Shown in pieces: positions 29,832 to 40,423 of a DNA stretch of 64,000 bases. How positions within the stretch are numbered: the first letter of the stretch is position 1; each line of letters starts with the position of its first letter. Source of the DNA: Candidatus Helarchaeota archaeon (lineage in GTDB: Archaea > Asgardarchaeota > Lokiarchaeia > Helarchaeales > RDOG01); contig JAHPZH010000005.1 in the NCBI GenBank assembly GCA_019058315.1, positions 224,001 to 288,000 of the forward strand. Reading direction: 5' to 3'. Both the position numbers and the translations under genes were made by a program. A model generated the notes under the pieces. It did not search any database, had not been told where the DNA came from, and worked only from the letters and a program-made list of their open reading frames with translations.

Positions 29832-31238
29832 TTGTCAGTAGAATATAATGGAACTGTACGGTCCATAGTAACTCGTAAGAATTTAAAACAGCTTGATCTT
29901 TCTGATTTGGGAATTTATGATATTACAGATATTAAGAATTTAGAAAATCTAACGGAACTTCAAGTATTATATTTGGGAAGAAATGAAATTTCAGAAATAA
30001 AAAATCTAGAAAATCTAATTAATCTCCAACAGTTAGTCCTTAATGCAAATCAAATTTCAAAAATCGAGAATTTAGAGAATTTAACACAACTTCAAGAATT
30101 ATATCTTGATTATAACCAGATTTCAGAAATAGAGAATCTAGAAAATCTATCTCAACTACAAAAATTAGAACTTAGTAATAATCAAATTTCAGAAATAAAG
30201 AATTTAGATAATCTTTCACAATTAAAGTCACTATATCTTCTTGATAATGAAATTTCAGAGATTAGGAATTTAGATAACCTCACAAAACTTGAATTTATAA
30301 ATCTAGGTAATAATCAAATTTCAGAATTAAAGAATTTAGAAAATTTAAAACAACTCAGTGCGTTATATCTGTATGGAAATCAGATTTCAGAAATAAAGAA
30401 TTTAGATAATCTCATTCAACTTCTAATTCTATATCTTGATTTTAATAAAATTTCAGAAATTAAGAATATAGAAAATCTGACTAAACTCAAAGGCTTATAT
30501 CTTCATTCAAATGCTGTTTCAGAAATTAGCAATTTAGATCATTTGAAACAACTCACTTCATTATTTTTAGGTGATAATAACATTTCAGAAATTAAGAATT
30601 TAGAGAATCTGACCCAGCTCCAAGATTTAGCTCTTGGAGGTCAAATTTCAGAAATAAGGAATTTAGAGAGACTTAAACTTTTAGAAGGTTTAAATCTCAG
30701 TGGAAACCAAATTTCAGAAATTAAGAATTTAGATAAGCTTACAAAACTCCAGAGTTTAGATCTTTGTGGAAATCAAATTTCAGAAATTAAGAATTTAGAT
30801 AAGCTTACAAAACTCCAGACATTAGAACTTGGTGGAAACCAGATTTCAGAAATAAAGAACTTAAAAAATTTAAGAAAACTTCAGAGCTTAAATCTTAAAG
30901 AAAATCAGATTTCAAAAATCGAGAATTTAGAAAATTTAACACAATTACAAGAATTATTGCTTGACCAAAATCAGATTAAAAAAATTGAGGGGTTAGAAAA
31001 ACTCTCCAAATTAAACCATTTAAGCCTTGACTCGTCCATATTACTAGAAGATGATGTTAAAATATATGATAGAGGAATTAAAGCAGTAATTGGGCATTGT
31101 AAATATCAAAATCTCCTTGAACAACTAGAATCAATTCAACAACAGATTAATACGGGCGGACTTAAACTAGCAGATTTACAAAAACTAAAAAAGAAGGCTG
31201 AAGAGATAAACAAGAAATTGAGACGTATTAAAAAATAA
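29832..31238 (+). CDS. Leucine-rich repeat protein (SDS22-like 22-aa repeats)
   Basis: About 17 repeats LxxLxLxxNQISEIKNLENL; GGAGG RBS; coiled-coil tail. Confidence 0.95.
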   Translation: MSVEYNGTVRSIVTRKNLKQLDLSDLGIYDITDIKNLENLTELQVLYLGRNEISEIKNLENLINLQQLVLNANQISKIENLENLTQLQELYLDYNQISEIENLENLSQLQKLELSNNQISEIKNLDNLSQLKSLYLLDNEISEIRNLDNLTKLEFINLGNNQISELKNLENLKQLSALYLYGNQISEIKNLDNLIQLLILYLDFNKISEIKNIENLTKLKGLYLHSNAVSEISNLDHLKQLTSLFLGDNNISEIKNLENLTQLQDLALGGQISEIRNLERLKLLEGLNLSGNQISEIKNLDKLTKLQSLDLCGNQISEIKNLDKLTKLQTLELGGNQISEIKNLKNLRKLQSLNLKENQISKIENLENLTQLQELLLDQNQIKKIEGLEKLSKLNHLSLDSSILLEDDVKIYDRGIKAVIGHCKYQNLLEQLESIQQQINTGGLKLADLQKLKKKAEEINKKLRRIKK

Positions 31239-31254
31239 AATATAGTTTAAGAAA

Positions 31255-31833
31255 TTATCCATGAATTTTCGTTAATAACCATGCCATATTTTTTCCAAGA
31301 TCTTTCATAGTAGTTTTTCCTTCGGAATCTTTTTGTACATCACCAGGATTTAGCCCTATTCCCATATTCCAATAACTTGAACCAACTATAATCATATTAC
31401 TAATTCCAAAGAGCATATTGATAGAGTTCCAAACACGACAAGCTCCTTGTCTTCGTACTGCGATAACAGCTGCTCCTAATTTTCTTTTAAATTTATTTCC
31501 ATTAGCCATCTGTACGAATCCCGATCTCTCTATTAAACATTTAGCTTTTCCTGTCACGTCACCGTAATAAACAGGTGATCCTATTATTATTGCATCTGCT
31601 TCAATCATTTTTGCATATACATCATTAAGGTCATCATTTTGGGCACATTTATCGTTTCGGTTTGCCATACATTTAAAACAAGCAATACAAGGGTTTATTT
31701 TTTTTCCAGCTAATTGAATCATTTCGGTTTCAATGTTTTCATTTTCTTTCTTTATTGCCTTAAAAACCATTTCAATTAATTGGGCAGTATTTCCCTCAGG
31801 ACGAGGAGATCCATTAATAGCTAAAACTTTCAT
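31255..31833 (-). CDS. Iron-sulfur flavoprotein (flavodoxin/FMN_red family)
   Basis: INGSPRPEGNT, CIACFKC.....C, IIIGSPVYYG. Confidence 0.92.
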   Translation of the reverse strand: MKVLAINGSPRPEGNTAQLIEMVFKAIKKENENIETEMIQLAGKKINPCIACFKCMANRNDKCAQNDDLNDVYAKMIEADAIIIGSPVYYGDVTGKAKCLIERSGFVQMANGNKFKRKLGAAVIAVRRQGACRVWNSINMLFGISNMIIVGSSYWNMGIGLNPGDVQKDSEGKTTMKDLGKNMAWLLTKIHG

Positions 31834-31945
31834 ATTATCAATCCTTCTAATTTGCAGATTATTTAATTGTTAATTAAGTTTATTTTTAATTTAATTTTTA
31901 CTCTAATAGTAAGTTTAAAAATAAGCTATAAGCATAATAGCAAAA

Positions 31946-33871
31946 TTATTCCAATATTTCGTAAAGCACTTTTCCTTGCGCAGTTTTCGGAATTGGAATT
32001 TTCAATAAATTAGCTATTGTCGGAGCTATATCGATTAAATTTGCTGGATCTTTTAATTCATAACCTTTTTTTATCCCTGGTCCATTAATTATAAGAGGAA
32101 CACTAATAGAATAATTTCCAAGTGTAGCATCAGGAAGATAATAAGCATGAGCAGCATAATTTACTACTGCATTATAGGCTTCTGGTTTAACTAAAAGATC
32201 AGGCGGTTGTTCAGCCGCATTAAGTTGTTCCATTCTAGCATCGAATAACATATATGGGGGGTTAAGAAAATAAACCACGTCACCTACTTTTTCTCCATTC
32301 TGCCCTAGATGATCAGCTTCTTCTTTTCGAAGTGCAAGGTGAACGATTTTATTTCCTGTTTCAGGATCCCTCATTTGATACAGCGTCTGAATTATCTTAT
32401 CTCTCACTGATTCATATTCTGAAGGACTTACAATTCCATGAGGATCTCTCCCCTTAAGATTGACCCATATATATGAAGGCTCTAAATAAGGAAATGCAAC
32501 TGTATTTTTCCAATCAACAACAAATTTTTGATCATTTTTATTCCATTTATAAGTTAAAAGATTTGATCTAACGAAAGCTAATGGAATATTCACAACTCTC
32601 CAAGCGGGAAGTGCGCCATGGTCTGATAAAAAAATGACAATTGTCTCTTTATCAACACAATTTTTCAATAGATCTCCAACAAGATCATCAATTATATGGT
32701 AAGCGGTTTGTACATGTTCCCAAGCTCTTTCAGCAGCTTTTTCAGTAAAAAAAGGAGATTTTTCATAAAGTTGAGCAAGAGTTCTATGGTTGACACTATC
32801 AAGGATATGGATATGAAAGATACATAAATCCCAGTCTAATTTTTTCTTAGAATACTCTATAGCTCGCGTGAGAGTATATGTTTCTCTCCCAGCATATGAT
32901 AAAAATGATTTGACTTTTCCTTCTATCATGTAGTCAACTTTTTGTTGCTTCACAAAGTCGTATATATCGTAGACCATTGCATTCCTAATAATTTCTTCAC
33001 CAAATTTCTCAGAAGTTGTCCAACCTTTAGTGTTATAAACACTTGTAAGTTGAAACCTTAATTGACTACCATCACGTGCTAATTCTAGTAATTGAATTTT
33101 TAAGAGACAAGGTAATATTCCATGAATTGTTGAAACATCAAAGGAGATCCAATCACTCCATCCTTCGACCTTAATATTTTGCCATTTTTCTTCAAAATTT
33201 ATAGGCAAAGTTAGAGAATCAAACCCCTTTCCACTGCTATCTATTAAATAAGCATTAAATTTAATGGCTTCTTTTATATTTTCATTTTTAATCTCAATAG
33301 TAATTTGAAATAATGGAGATTTACTATCAAATTTATTCGGTTCTTCTGACCTAATGATCTGGGTAGAGGGATTTGGGGAATCTTTAGTATAAGTAAATTT
33401 ATTTGGATAAGTTATTGTTCTTGGGAGTGATTCTGGAAGAGGCCAAGTAAGTAGACTCATGACACCATTTTTAAAATTACTGGGCCAACCTCCCGGATAA
33501 TTCAAAACAAAAGGAGTTAGTCCATGTTTATCTGCAACATCCCAAATATACTCAGCACCACAATGACGTGAGAGTGAAGACCTTGATCTAATCTTGAGAC
33601 CATAGTCAAATGGTTCACCTGGAATATGTAAATAAAAACTGGTTGCTCCATGAACAGCAGTGGTAGCCCCAGTGGCTATAGTGGTCCAGTTTGTAGGAGT
33701 ATCACATGGTGGACATGAAAGTCCTTCTCCTATTACTCCACCTTCAACTAACTTACTAATATTAGGTAAGGATCCTTCTCCAATAAATTTTCTAATTAAA
33801 TAAGGTATTGCTTGATCTACTCCAATTAATAAAACCTTGTTAGAAGTCAACTTTTTTACCGTGAAACCCAT
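31946..33871 (-). CDS. Alkaline-phosphatase superfamily nucleotide pyrophosphatase/phosphodiesterase
   Basis: LLIGVD, TPTNWTTIATG, LDSVNH, LSDHG, WVNLKGRDPHGIV, DIAPTI. Confidence 0.9.
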   Translation of the reverse strand: MGFTVKKLTSNKVLLIGVDQAIPYLIRKFIGEGSLPNISKLVEGGVIGEGLSCPPCDTPTNWTTIATGATTAVHGATSFYLHIPGEPFDYGLKIRSRSSLSRHCGAEYIWDVADKHGLTPFVLNYPGGWPSNFKNGVMSLLTWPLPESLPRTITYPNKFTYTKDSPNPSTQIIRSEEPNKFDSKSPLFQITIEIKNENIKEAIKFNAYLIDSSGKGFDSLTLPINFEEKWQNIKVEGWSDWISFDVSTIHGILPCLLKIQLLELARDGSQLRFQLTSVYNTKGWTTSEKFGEEIIRNAMVYDIYDFVKQQKVDYMIEGKVKSFLSYAGRETYTLTRAIEYSKKKLDWDLCIFHIHILDSVNHRTLAQLYEKSPFFTEKAAERAWEHVQTAYHIIDDLVGDLLKNCVDKETIVIFLSDHGALPAWRVVNIPLAFVRSNLLTYKWNKNDQKFVVDWKNTVAFPYLEPSYIWVNLKGRDPHGIVSPSEYESVRDKIIQTLYQMRDPETGNKIVHLALRKEEADHLGQNGEKVGDVVYFLNPPYMLFDARMEQLNAAEQPPDLLVKPEAYNAVVNYAAHAYYLPDATLGNYSISVPLIINGPGIKKGYELKDPANLIDIAPTIANLLKIPIPKTAQGKVLYEILE

Positions 33872-34638
33872 CCACCATCTACTAAAATATCTGCTCCGGT
33901 CATATACGATGAATCCTCACTTGCTAGAAATAAAATAACTTTCGCAACTTCCATAGGATCTGCCCAACGTCCCATGACACCCTCTTCTTCAAACTCCTTT
34001 TTAACAACTTCAAAATCTACGCCCCTTTCGCGAGCATTTTTTGCAACATCACTTCTTAGCATTGGAGTGTCTGTGGCACCAGGACTAACAGAATTAACGC
34101 GAACATTAAATGGTGCTAAGTCTAATGCCAAGGCTCTGGTCATCCCGAGAACTCCTGCTTTTGTAGAACAATAATTGGCATGATTAACTTGTCCAATATG
34201 TCCTGCCACAGATGCAAGATTTACTATTACACCAGATTTTTGTTTTTTAAAAGTTGGTATAGTATATTTACAGCAAAAAAAGGTTCCCTTTAAATTAACA
34301 TTAATAAGTAAATCATAATCTTCTTCATTGAATTCTTCTGGCAGCCCTACGCGTACAACTCCTGCATTATTGATCAATAGATCTATACGTCCATATTTTT
34401 TCAATATTTGTTCAATAGCATCAGCTACAGCGCTAGATTTAGAAACATCAAGATTAATAAATTCAGCTTTTGCGCTTGGAACTTCATTTTTAATTAAATT
34501 GACTGTTTCTTCTCCACCCTTTTGATCTATATCTGCAAGTATTTGAATAGCACCCTCTTTTGCAAATAAGATGGCAGTTGCACGTCCAATACCTGAAGAA
34601 GCACCTGTCAAAAGAGTAATTTTATCTTTTAATTTCAT
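33856..34638 (-). CDS. Short-chain dehydrogenase/reductase
   Basis: TGASSGIG, NNAG, YCSTK, VSPG, DGG. Confidence 0.95.
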   Translation of the reverse strand: MKLKDKITLLTGASSGIGRATAILFAKEGAIQILADIDQKGGEETVNLIKNEVPSAKAEFINLDVSKSSAVADAIEQILKKYGRIDLLINNAGVVRVGLPEEFNEEDYDLLINVNLKGTFFCCKYTIPTFKKQKSGVIVNLASVAGHIGQVNHANYCSTKAGVLGMTRALALDLAPFNVRVNSVSPGATDTPMLRSDVAKNARERGVDFEVVKKEFEEEGVMGRWADPMEVAKVILFLASEDSSYMTGADILVDGGWVSR

Positions 34639-34768
34639 AATTTTTACTCCTAATCAAATATCTTAATCATTTATATTTAATTTTTTCAAGATAGATTATC
34701 TGATTTGAACTTTTAATTGTCTATCTAGGACTTATTTAAATCCAAAATCTTCTTTATCCATGAACATT

Positions 34769-35941
34769 CTATTTGAAAATACTAAAAATCAAATTTTTCA
34801 TTTTTTCAGTTTCAAATAAACCAACATTACCTCTCCAATTCTCAAGTTCCTTTTTATAAGTTGATTCAAACATATCAATAAATTTGATTAATTTCTCATG
34901 AATTAAAGGTGTTTGCTCAGCTACGAATAATACTCCAAAAACATGTTTTCCATGTTTAAATAATAAAATTAAATCCCCAAAATCTACTGTATTTACAGTC
35001 TTACCCAAAACATAAGAATCCTCCAGACCGTAAGCTATTGAATAAATAAAACCACCTAATAAAAGTTTTTTTGAAGAAAAGGTTTCAGAATATTGACCTT
35101 TCTTAAAGTCAATATCATATATCAATTGTCCATTATTTCTAATCAAGTAGAGAGATTTAACACTAAAGTAAGCAGTTATTGATTCAATATAATCTGGGAA
35201 TATAATAGTGAAAGAAGCTGCAAAAACCAAGATAAATGCAACAAAAAATAAGTCAACTGTAAATAATTCTACAGTATTTGGGGAAGTAAAGTAAATTCCA
35301 ATAATTAAAAATCTTTCTACTATAATTGTACAAAAAATAAAACAAAATTGAGCAAATACTATTAATAACCGCTTATTTTTGATTTCTTTTAAAAAATTGA
35401 TGGTAAGGTAAATTAGATAGATGGCAAAAAAAATAACAAAAAAGAAAATAATAAGATATTGAGTTTGGTCGGTTTGATAGGTATAAAATCCAATCTCATT
35501 GGGTGAAATTTCATAAATACCAAACATATTTACTAGGAAAAAAAATCCTGATAAAAATACATAAAAAAATACTATTGTGTATATTAAAAATTCTTTTTTT
35601 AATTCATGACCACTCAATTTATTTATAACAACGACCATTTGAAATGTTATAGGGACACTAAGATAAATAAGGGCTATTTTTACAATATAATTAAATTTAT
35701 CCATAAATTCTGGAACAAAACCTATAAGATGAATTGTGAGTATCCTATAACAATCAAAAACAATCCCATATCCAACACTAAATAAAAATAACATTAAATA
35801 TTGATTGATCTGGGTAATATGCTTTAAATTCTGTATAAAACTATTTATAATAATTATTGAATAGGAAATTAAAATCGTAATGGTTAAGCTTAAGATAAAT
35901 ATATTCAAATACAAACACCATAAAATGTTAAATTGTCCCAA
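34769..35941 (-). CDS. 7-TM membrane protein with C-terminal longin-like domain
   Basis: Seven hydrophobic helices, then YLIRNNGQLIY..LLGGFIYSI..DFGDLILLF..FESTY..W.G. Confidence 0.7.
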   Translation of the reverse strand: MGQFNILWCLYLNIFILSLTITILISYSIIIINSFIQNLKHITQINQYLMLFLFSVGYGIVFDCYRILTIHLIGFVPEFMDKFNYIVKIALIYLSVPITFQMVVVINKLSGHELKKEFLIYTIVFFYVFLSGFFFLVNMFGIYEISPNEIGFYTYQTDQTQYLIIFFFVIFFAIYLIYLTINFLKEIKNKRLLIVFAQFCFIFCTIIVERFLIIGIYFTSPNTVELFTVDLFFVAFILVFAASFTIIFPDYIESITAYFSVKSLYLIRNNGQLIYDIDFKKGQYSETFSSKKLLLGGFIYSIAYGLEDSYVLGKTVNTVDFGDLILLFKHGKHVFGVLFVAEQTPLIHEKLIKFIDMFESTYKKELENWRGNVGLFETEKMKNLIFSIFK

Positions 35942-36098
35942 TTCAATAATTTTTTAAATAACGAATCTCCTTATGACCAGATTTCTCATAAAATAACCTA
36001 TCAAATTTTAATATTAATTTTATAATTTATTTAATTTTACAATCAATTTAAAAAAAATTCAAATTCCTTATTCAATAAAATTTAGAATGTGAATAACC

Positions 36099-36338
36099 AT
36101 GAAACCCCCAATTTGTGAAATATGTGATAAGAGAATGGACGAATTTGACGATTGTGGACTAGTATATTTCAAAAAGCGACCAAGTGATCTTGAGTGGGAC
36201 AAGAAGGCAGAACAACCAGGTTTTGTAGGCCATCCACCGTACGCTGCATGGTTTTGCAAAGAGCACTACGAAGAGGCAAAAAAATTTGAACATTTAACAA
36301 TTTCAGAAGCACTGCAAAAGATAAAAGAGAAAACTTAA
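36099..36338 (+). CDS. Small Zn-finger protein
   Basis: CEIC ... WFCKEH. Confidence 0.75.
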   Translation: MKPPICEICDKRMDEFDDCGLVYFKKRPSDLEWDKKAEQPGFVGHPPYAAWFCKEHYEEAKKFEHLTISEALQKIKEKT

Positions 36339-36342
36339 ATTA

Positions 36343-36801
36343 TTAAATATCCTTCTCAAATAATACTTTTTCTTCAAATCCTAATTTTTTATAAAATCTA
36401 ATTGCTTTCTTATTCTCAAGCTCTGTACTAACTTCAATTTCACAACAGCCAAGTTTCTTACATTGTTCAATAACCCCTTCTACCAGATATTGACCAATCC
36501 CTTTATTTTGATAATCTTGACTAACAATCAGCTCATCAATTAATCCAGATAAACCCGAATGTAGGAGTGTTTTCCGGATTATAAAGGTAATAAAACCTAC
36601 TACCCTGTTATCAATTTCAGCAATTAAAAATTTGGAATTTGAATCCTTTAACATATCTTTAAAATTATTAATAGCTATGTCTTTCTCAATGCCTTCCTTG
36701 TTGTTTAGAGAAGCAATAAGTTCATTTATTAAATTTTCAACAAATAGTAGGTCTTTTTCTACTGCATTTCTAATTACTATGTTATTCATACAAATCAACA
36801 A
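36343..36801 (-). CDS. GNAT acetyltransferase
   Basis: IDELIV..YQNKGIG, NKKAIRFYKKLGF. Confidence 0.9.
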   Translation of the reverse strand: MLICMNNIVIRNAVEKDLLFVENLINELIASLNNKEGIEKDIAINNFKDMLKDSNSKFLIAEIDNRVVGFITFIIRKTLLHSGLSGLIDELIVSQDYQNKGIGQYLVEGVIEQCKKLGCCEIEVSTELENKKAIRFYKKLGFEEKVLFEKDI

Positions 36802-36807
36802 ATTATT

Positions 36808-37239
36808 TTAAATTTCTAATTCCATGATATAACTTGAAATTTTGAACTTGAATTTTTCATATAATTTTATGGCAGTTTCGTTCCGTTTTTGGACAGTTAA
36901 TCTAATTAGACCTCCTCCCTCCTTTTTTATATAATTTAAACTCTCTTCCAGTAATTTTTCACCTATTTTTCTATTTCTCCATTTCTCATTAACTGCAATC
37001 GGTCCGAAATACCAATGGCCTTTTAATATAAAACTCGCGAAACCAACTATTTCATCCTTTTCTAAAGCTACTAAAATATCCCCAGGAATATTTAGTTTCG
37101 TGAATCTTTTAACATCTTTTTTGAATTTATTAGTAGTATATTCAATATTATCTGTTTTATCTTTAAAATTTTCAATATAAATATTAATTATTTCATCTAA
37201 TTCTTCCATTTTAAAAGCTCGAATGGTAACCATATTCAT
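36808..37239 (-). CDS. GNAT acetyltransferase
   Basis: IAV..WRNRKIG, NETAIKLYEKFKF. Confidence 0.88.
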   Translation of the reverse strand: MNMVTIRAFKMEELDEIINIYIENFKDKTDNIEYTTNKFKKDVKRFTKLNIPGDILVALEKDEIVGFASFILKGHWYFGPIAVNEKWRNRKIGEKLLEESLNYIKKEGGGLIRLTVQKRNETAIKLYEKFKFKISSYIMELEI

Positions 37240-37251
37240 TCAACTCGAAAA

Positions 37252-37725
37252 TCAGATATGTTTAAAATATTGACTCCAATCGATAGATTTGACTGTGGAA
37301 TGAAGCATATGGTCATCATCCACAAGATGATAAGTTAAATTAGTAAAAAGCTCCTCGGCACGTTTACGAGTGGCTTCAATTGAAACTATCTGATCATTTT
37401 TACCATGATAAAGGACCACAGGAATATTTATAGACTTACAAGATTGGAGTTTTGAATGAGTCAATACTGGTGCAAGAAGAATTAGCCGATCTACGCTATC
37501 AGGATTTTCACATGTATAAAGTGTACCCATAAATCCCCCATAACTCGAACCTATAATGATCCAATGCTTTTTTTCACTTAGAATATTCTTTAATTGGTTT
37601 ATTTTTTCTTCTTCAGTTCCTACAAAATCTGGTGTAAGACAAGTGGGTAAGATACTTCGAAAGAAATTCCCCTTAAATCCTTGTCCTGAGGAAATTAGAC
37701 CATGTACAAAAATTACATTTAGCAT
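37252..37725 (-). CDS. Alpha/beta hydrolase (YqiA/YcfP-like)
   Basis: FVHG, GSSYGG, HGKND, DDH. Confidence 0.88.
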   Translation of the reverse strand: MLNVIFVHGLISSGQGFKGNFFRSILPTCLTPDFVGTEEEKINQLKNILSEKKHWIIIGSSYGGFMGTLYTCENPDSVDRLILLAPVLTHSKLQSCKSINIPVVLYHGKNDQIVSIEATRKRAEELFTNLTYHLVDDDHMLHSTVKSIDWSQYFKHI

Positions 37726-37836
37726 ATGGTATTATTACAATTAAATTATTTAAAAAATGGATTAATTAAAAATCAATTATTATATCTTATTGGTATTTGT
37801 TATTCATACAATTTTACTTTTGATGAGGAAAAATTC

Positions 37837-38982
37837 ATGGATATTGTAAAATTTGGTATAATTGGATGTGGAATGGCGGCGAGGTTTCATATTTTAGGAA
37901 TGAGAAATGTTTCTAATCCCCCTTTGAAATTTGTAGCTGCCCATGATATTAATGAGAAAATATTAACCCGATTTTCAAAAGCACATAAATTAACTCCTTA
38001 TAATAAATTAGAAGATTTGCTTCAAAGTGATATTGACGCTGTGTTGATATTACTTCCACATTATTTGCATGCCAGAGTAACTAAAGCAGCTGCGGAAGCT
38101 GGGAAACATGTATTGTGTGAAAAGCCCATGGCACCTACACTTGAAGAATGTGATGAAATGATAACAGTTACAAAAAAAGCTGGTGTAGAATTCATGATTG
38201 CAGAAAATCACCGTTTTCTCCCTGCTCACCTGTATATAAAAGATTTACTAGAGCGGGATTTTATTGGAGATGTTTTTCTCATTAATACTTATGAAGGTGC
38301 ATATGACGATCCCGAACATTTCCTCAATCCCGATATTTGGCATTTTACTTACGATAAGGGGGGCGGTGGAGTCTTAGCGGATCAGGGAGCTCATAAATTT
38401 GCTTTATTAAATTGGTTACTTGATGATACAGTTGAATCAGCACAGGCATGGTGTGCAAAGACATTAAATAGTCCTCCAAATAAAGGTGAAGATAATGCAA
38501 TAATTTTTTTACGATTTAGAAAAGGTGCTATTGCAGAAATTACAGTTTCAACAAGTGCTATCCATACACCATATAATTCAACAGAATTACATGGAACTAA
38601 AGGTTCTATAATCGAAAATCACCAATGGGAGAATCCAGTTAAGATATTTTCATCACATAAGGAAGCAGAGACAAAAGGTTTTTTTTACGGACCAAAAGAA
38701 CCTCCAGAACATGGTCCATTTCCAAAATATTACATAATATCTGCTCGAAATGAAGATTCACATTTTGCCGAATGTGTATTAAACAATAAAAAACCAGAAT
38801 TTACTCCTGAAAATGCCAAAGAAGCAGTCGCTTCAATACTACTTGCTTATCTTTCAGTTAAAAAAGGTACTATGACTAAAATGGATGAATTAAAAAAAAT
38901 GGCCAAAATGGAAGGAACTAAAAGCATTTTAAATGGTTTAGAAGAATTTATGCAAAAGAATTATGAAAATTTGAATTGGTAA
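37837..38982 (+). CDS. Gfo/Idh/MocA oxidoreductase
   Basis: GIIGCG, HVLCEKP, GGGVLADQGAH; start moved to ATG 37837. Confidence 0.92.
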   Translation: MDIVKFGIIGCGMAARFHILGMRNVSNPPLKFVAAHDINEKILTRFSKAHKLTPYNKLEDLLQSDIDAVLILLPHYLHARVTKAAAEAGKHVLCEKPMAPTLEECDEMITVTKKAGVEFMIAENHRFLPAHLYIKDLLERDFIGDVFLINTYEGAYDDPEHFLNPDIWHFTYDKGGGGVLADQGAHKFALLNWLLDDTVESAQAWCAKTLNSPPNKGEDNAIIFLRFRKGAIAEITVSTSAIHTPYNSTELHGTKGSIIENHQWENPVKIFSSHKEAETKGFFYGPKEPPEHGPFPKYYIISARNEDSHFAECVLNNKKPEFTPENAKEAVASILLAYLSVKKGTMTKMDELKKMAKMEGTKSILNGLEEFMQKNYENLNW

Positions 38983-38996
38983 GGGATTAAGAATTT

Positions 38997-39725
38997 ATGA
39001 ATAAACGCTATTCTTTCATCTGTGCTCACCCAGACGATCTGGAAATGATGGTAGGAGCTTTTATTCGACACGCTGTGAATAAAGGTAATGATGTAGAAAT
39101 AGCTTCTATGACAAAGGGAGAATGGGGAACATTAATTCCAGAATTAAAAGGGGAAAAATTAGCAAAAATTCGTGAGCGAGAACTTCAAAATGCTGCCAAG
39201 TTACATGGAATCCCCAAAAATAAAGTAAAATTTCTAGGGCTTATTGATGGAAATGTAACAGTTCCAAAAGCCATAAAAGTTCTTCGAAAATATTTCAAAG
39301 ATCGCAAACCTGATGTAATTTTTGTTCCTGAATATAATTTTTCTACTTATGTTCATGAAGATCATTTAAATACGGGGAAAGCCGCTTGCATACTTCTTAA
39401 AAAGGAGTTCGAATCCCAAAGACCGCTCATGTTTACATATCATTCATATAAAAATAATGTTTTTTTACGCACAAATATGCGTTCTACAGGAAAAGCCCTT
39501 GCAGAACATAAAACTCAATTTCAAGTCATTGGTTTTTTATTACCCTTTCGATATTTAATTGATTTATATCATGGGTTTCATTACCACCGACTCATGTTCA
39601 TGGAGGCATGTCGTCAAGTTTTTTTCAATAAAAAGATAAAAGTCACACTTTGGGATAGAATTCTTCATGCAGCTTTTAACCTCGGTAAATTTGTCTTTAA
39701 AGCTTGGAAACCAGAAAATATTTAA
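38997..39725 (+). CDS. PIG-L/LmbE-family deacetylase
   Basis: AHPDDLE, TKGE, R..E, H.DH, HKTQ. Confidence 0.9.
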   Translation: MNKRYSFICAHPDDLEMMVGAFIRHAVNKGNDVEIASMTKGEWGTLIPELKGEKLAKIRERELQNAAKLHGIPKNKVKFLGLIDGNVTVPKAIKVLRKYFKDRKPDVIFVPEYNFSTYVHEDHLNTGKAACILLKKEFESQRPLMFTYHSYKNNVFLRTNMRSTGKALAEHKTQFQVIGFLLPFRYLIDLYHGFHYHRLMFMEACRQVFFNKKIKVTLWDRILHAAFNLGKFVFKAWKPENI

Positions 39726-39783
39726 TTTTATGAGATATTGAATTAAGGGCATTTTAAGAGTAAATGATGATTTTAAAACATTG

Positions 39784-40410
39784 TTAGTCAAGCATAAGAG
39801 TTGATATTTTACCATTTTTAATAGTAAATAAAGCACCTTTAGGTCCTACATTGCAAACCATAGAAGAGCCGATATATGCGATTTTTTGAACTTCTTCATG
39901 AACATGACCACAAATTACTAACAAAGGTTGGATTTTAGCAACTAAGTCTCTATATTCTGCAACACCAATATTTCTTCCATCATTACATAGATCAACAGTC
40001 TCAAATGGTGGAACATGAGAAATAATAATTAAATTTTCATTCTTTGGAACATTTTTTGAAATAATTCCATGTATCTCCGGGATATCCCGTTTAACATCAA
40101 ATTCATCTCCTCCCAATCCAATAAAATGAATTCCATTAAAAACCTTGATCTTTAGATGAATGTTTATCGCATTCTTAAGTTCAGTATTAGGATTCAGTTG
40201 TTCTTCAGAATTACCCCAAACAAATAATATAGGGGAATATTCCAGATTTTGAATCCTATTTTCAAGAAGTTTGATAGACCCACGATCTTGCAAGTCTCCA
40301 CATAATAAGAGAAGATCTGGTTTATATTGTTCTAGCTTTTTCTTTACATCGATATAATGATCTTTAAGGCCAAATAAACCATGAAAATCAGAAAAAGTTA
40401 AAATTTTCAT
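39784..40410 (-). CDS. Metallophosphoesterase
   Basis: SDFHG, GD, GNSE, SHVPP, GHVHE; start ATG 40410. Confidence 0.9.
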   Translation of the reverse strand: MKILTFSDFHGLFGLKDHYIDVKKKLEQYKPDLLLLCGDLQDRGSIKLLENRIQNLEYSPILFVWGNSEEQLNPNTELKNAINIHLKIKVFNGIHFIGLGGDEFDVKRDIPEIHGIISKNVPKNENLIIISHVPPFETVDLCNDGRNIGVAEYRDLVAKIQPLLVICGHVHEEVQKIAYIGSSMVCNVGPKGALFTIKNGKISTLMLD

Positions 40411-40423
40411 ACTTAACTCAATT

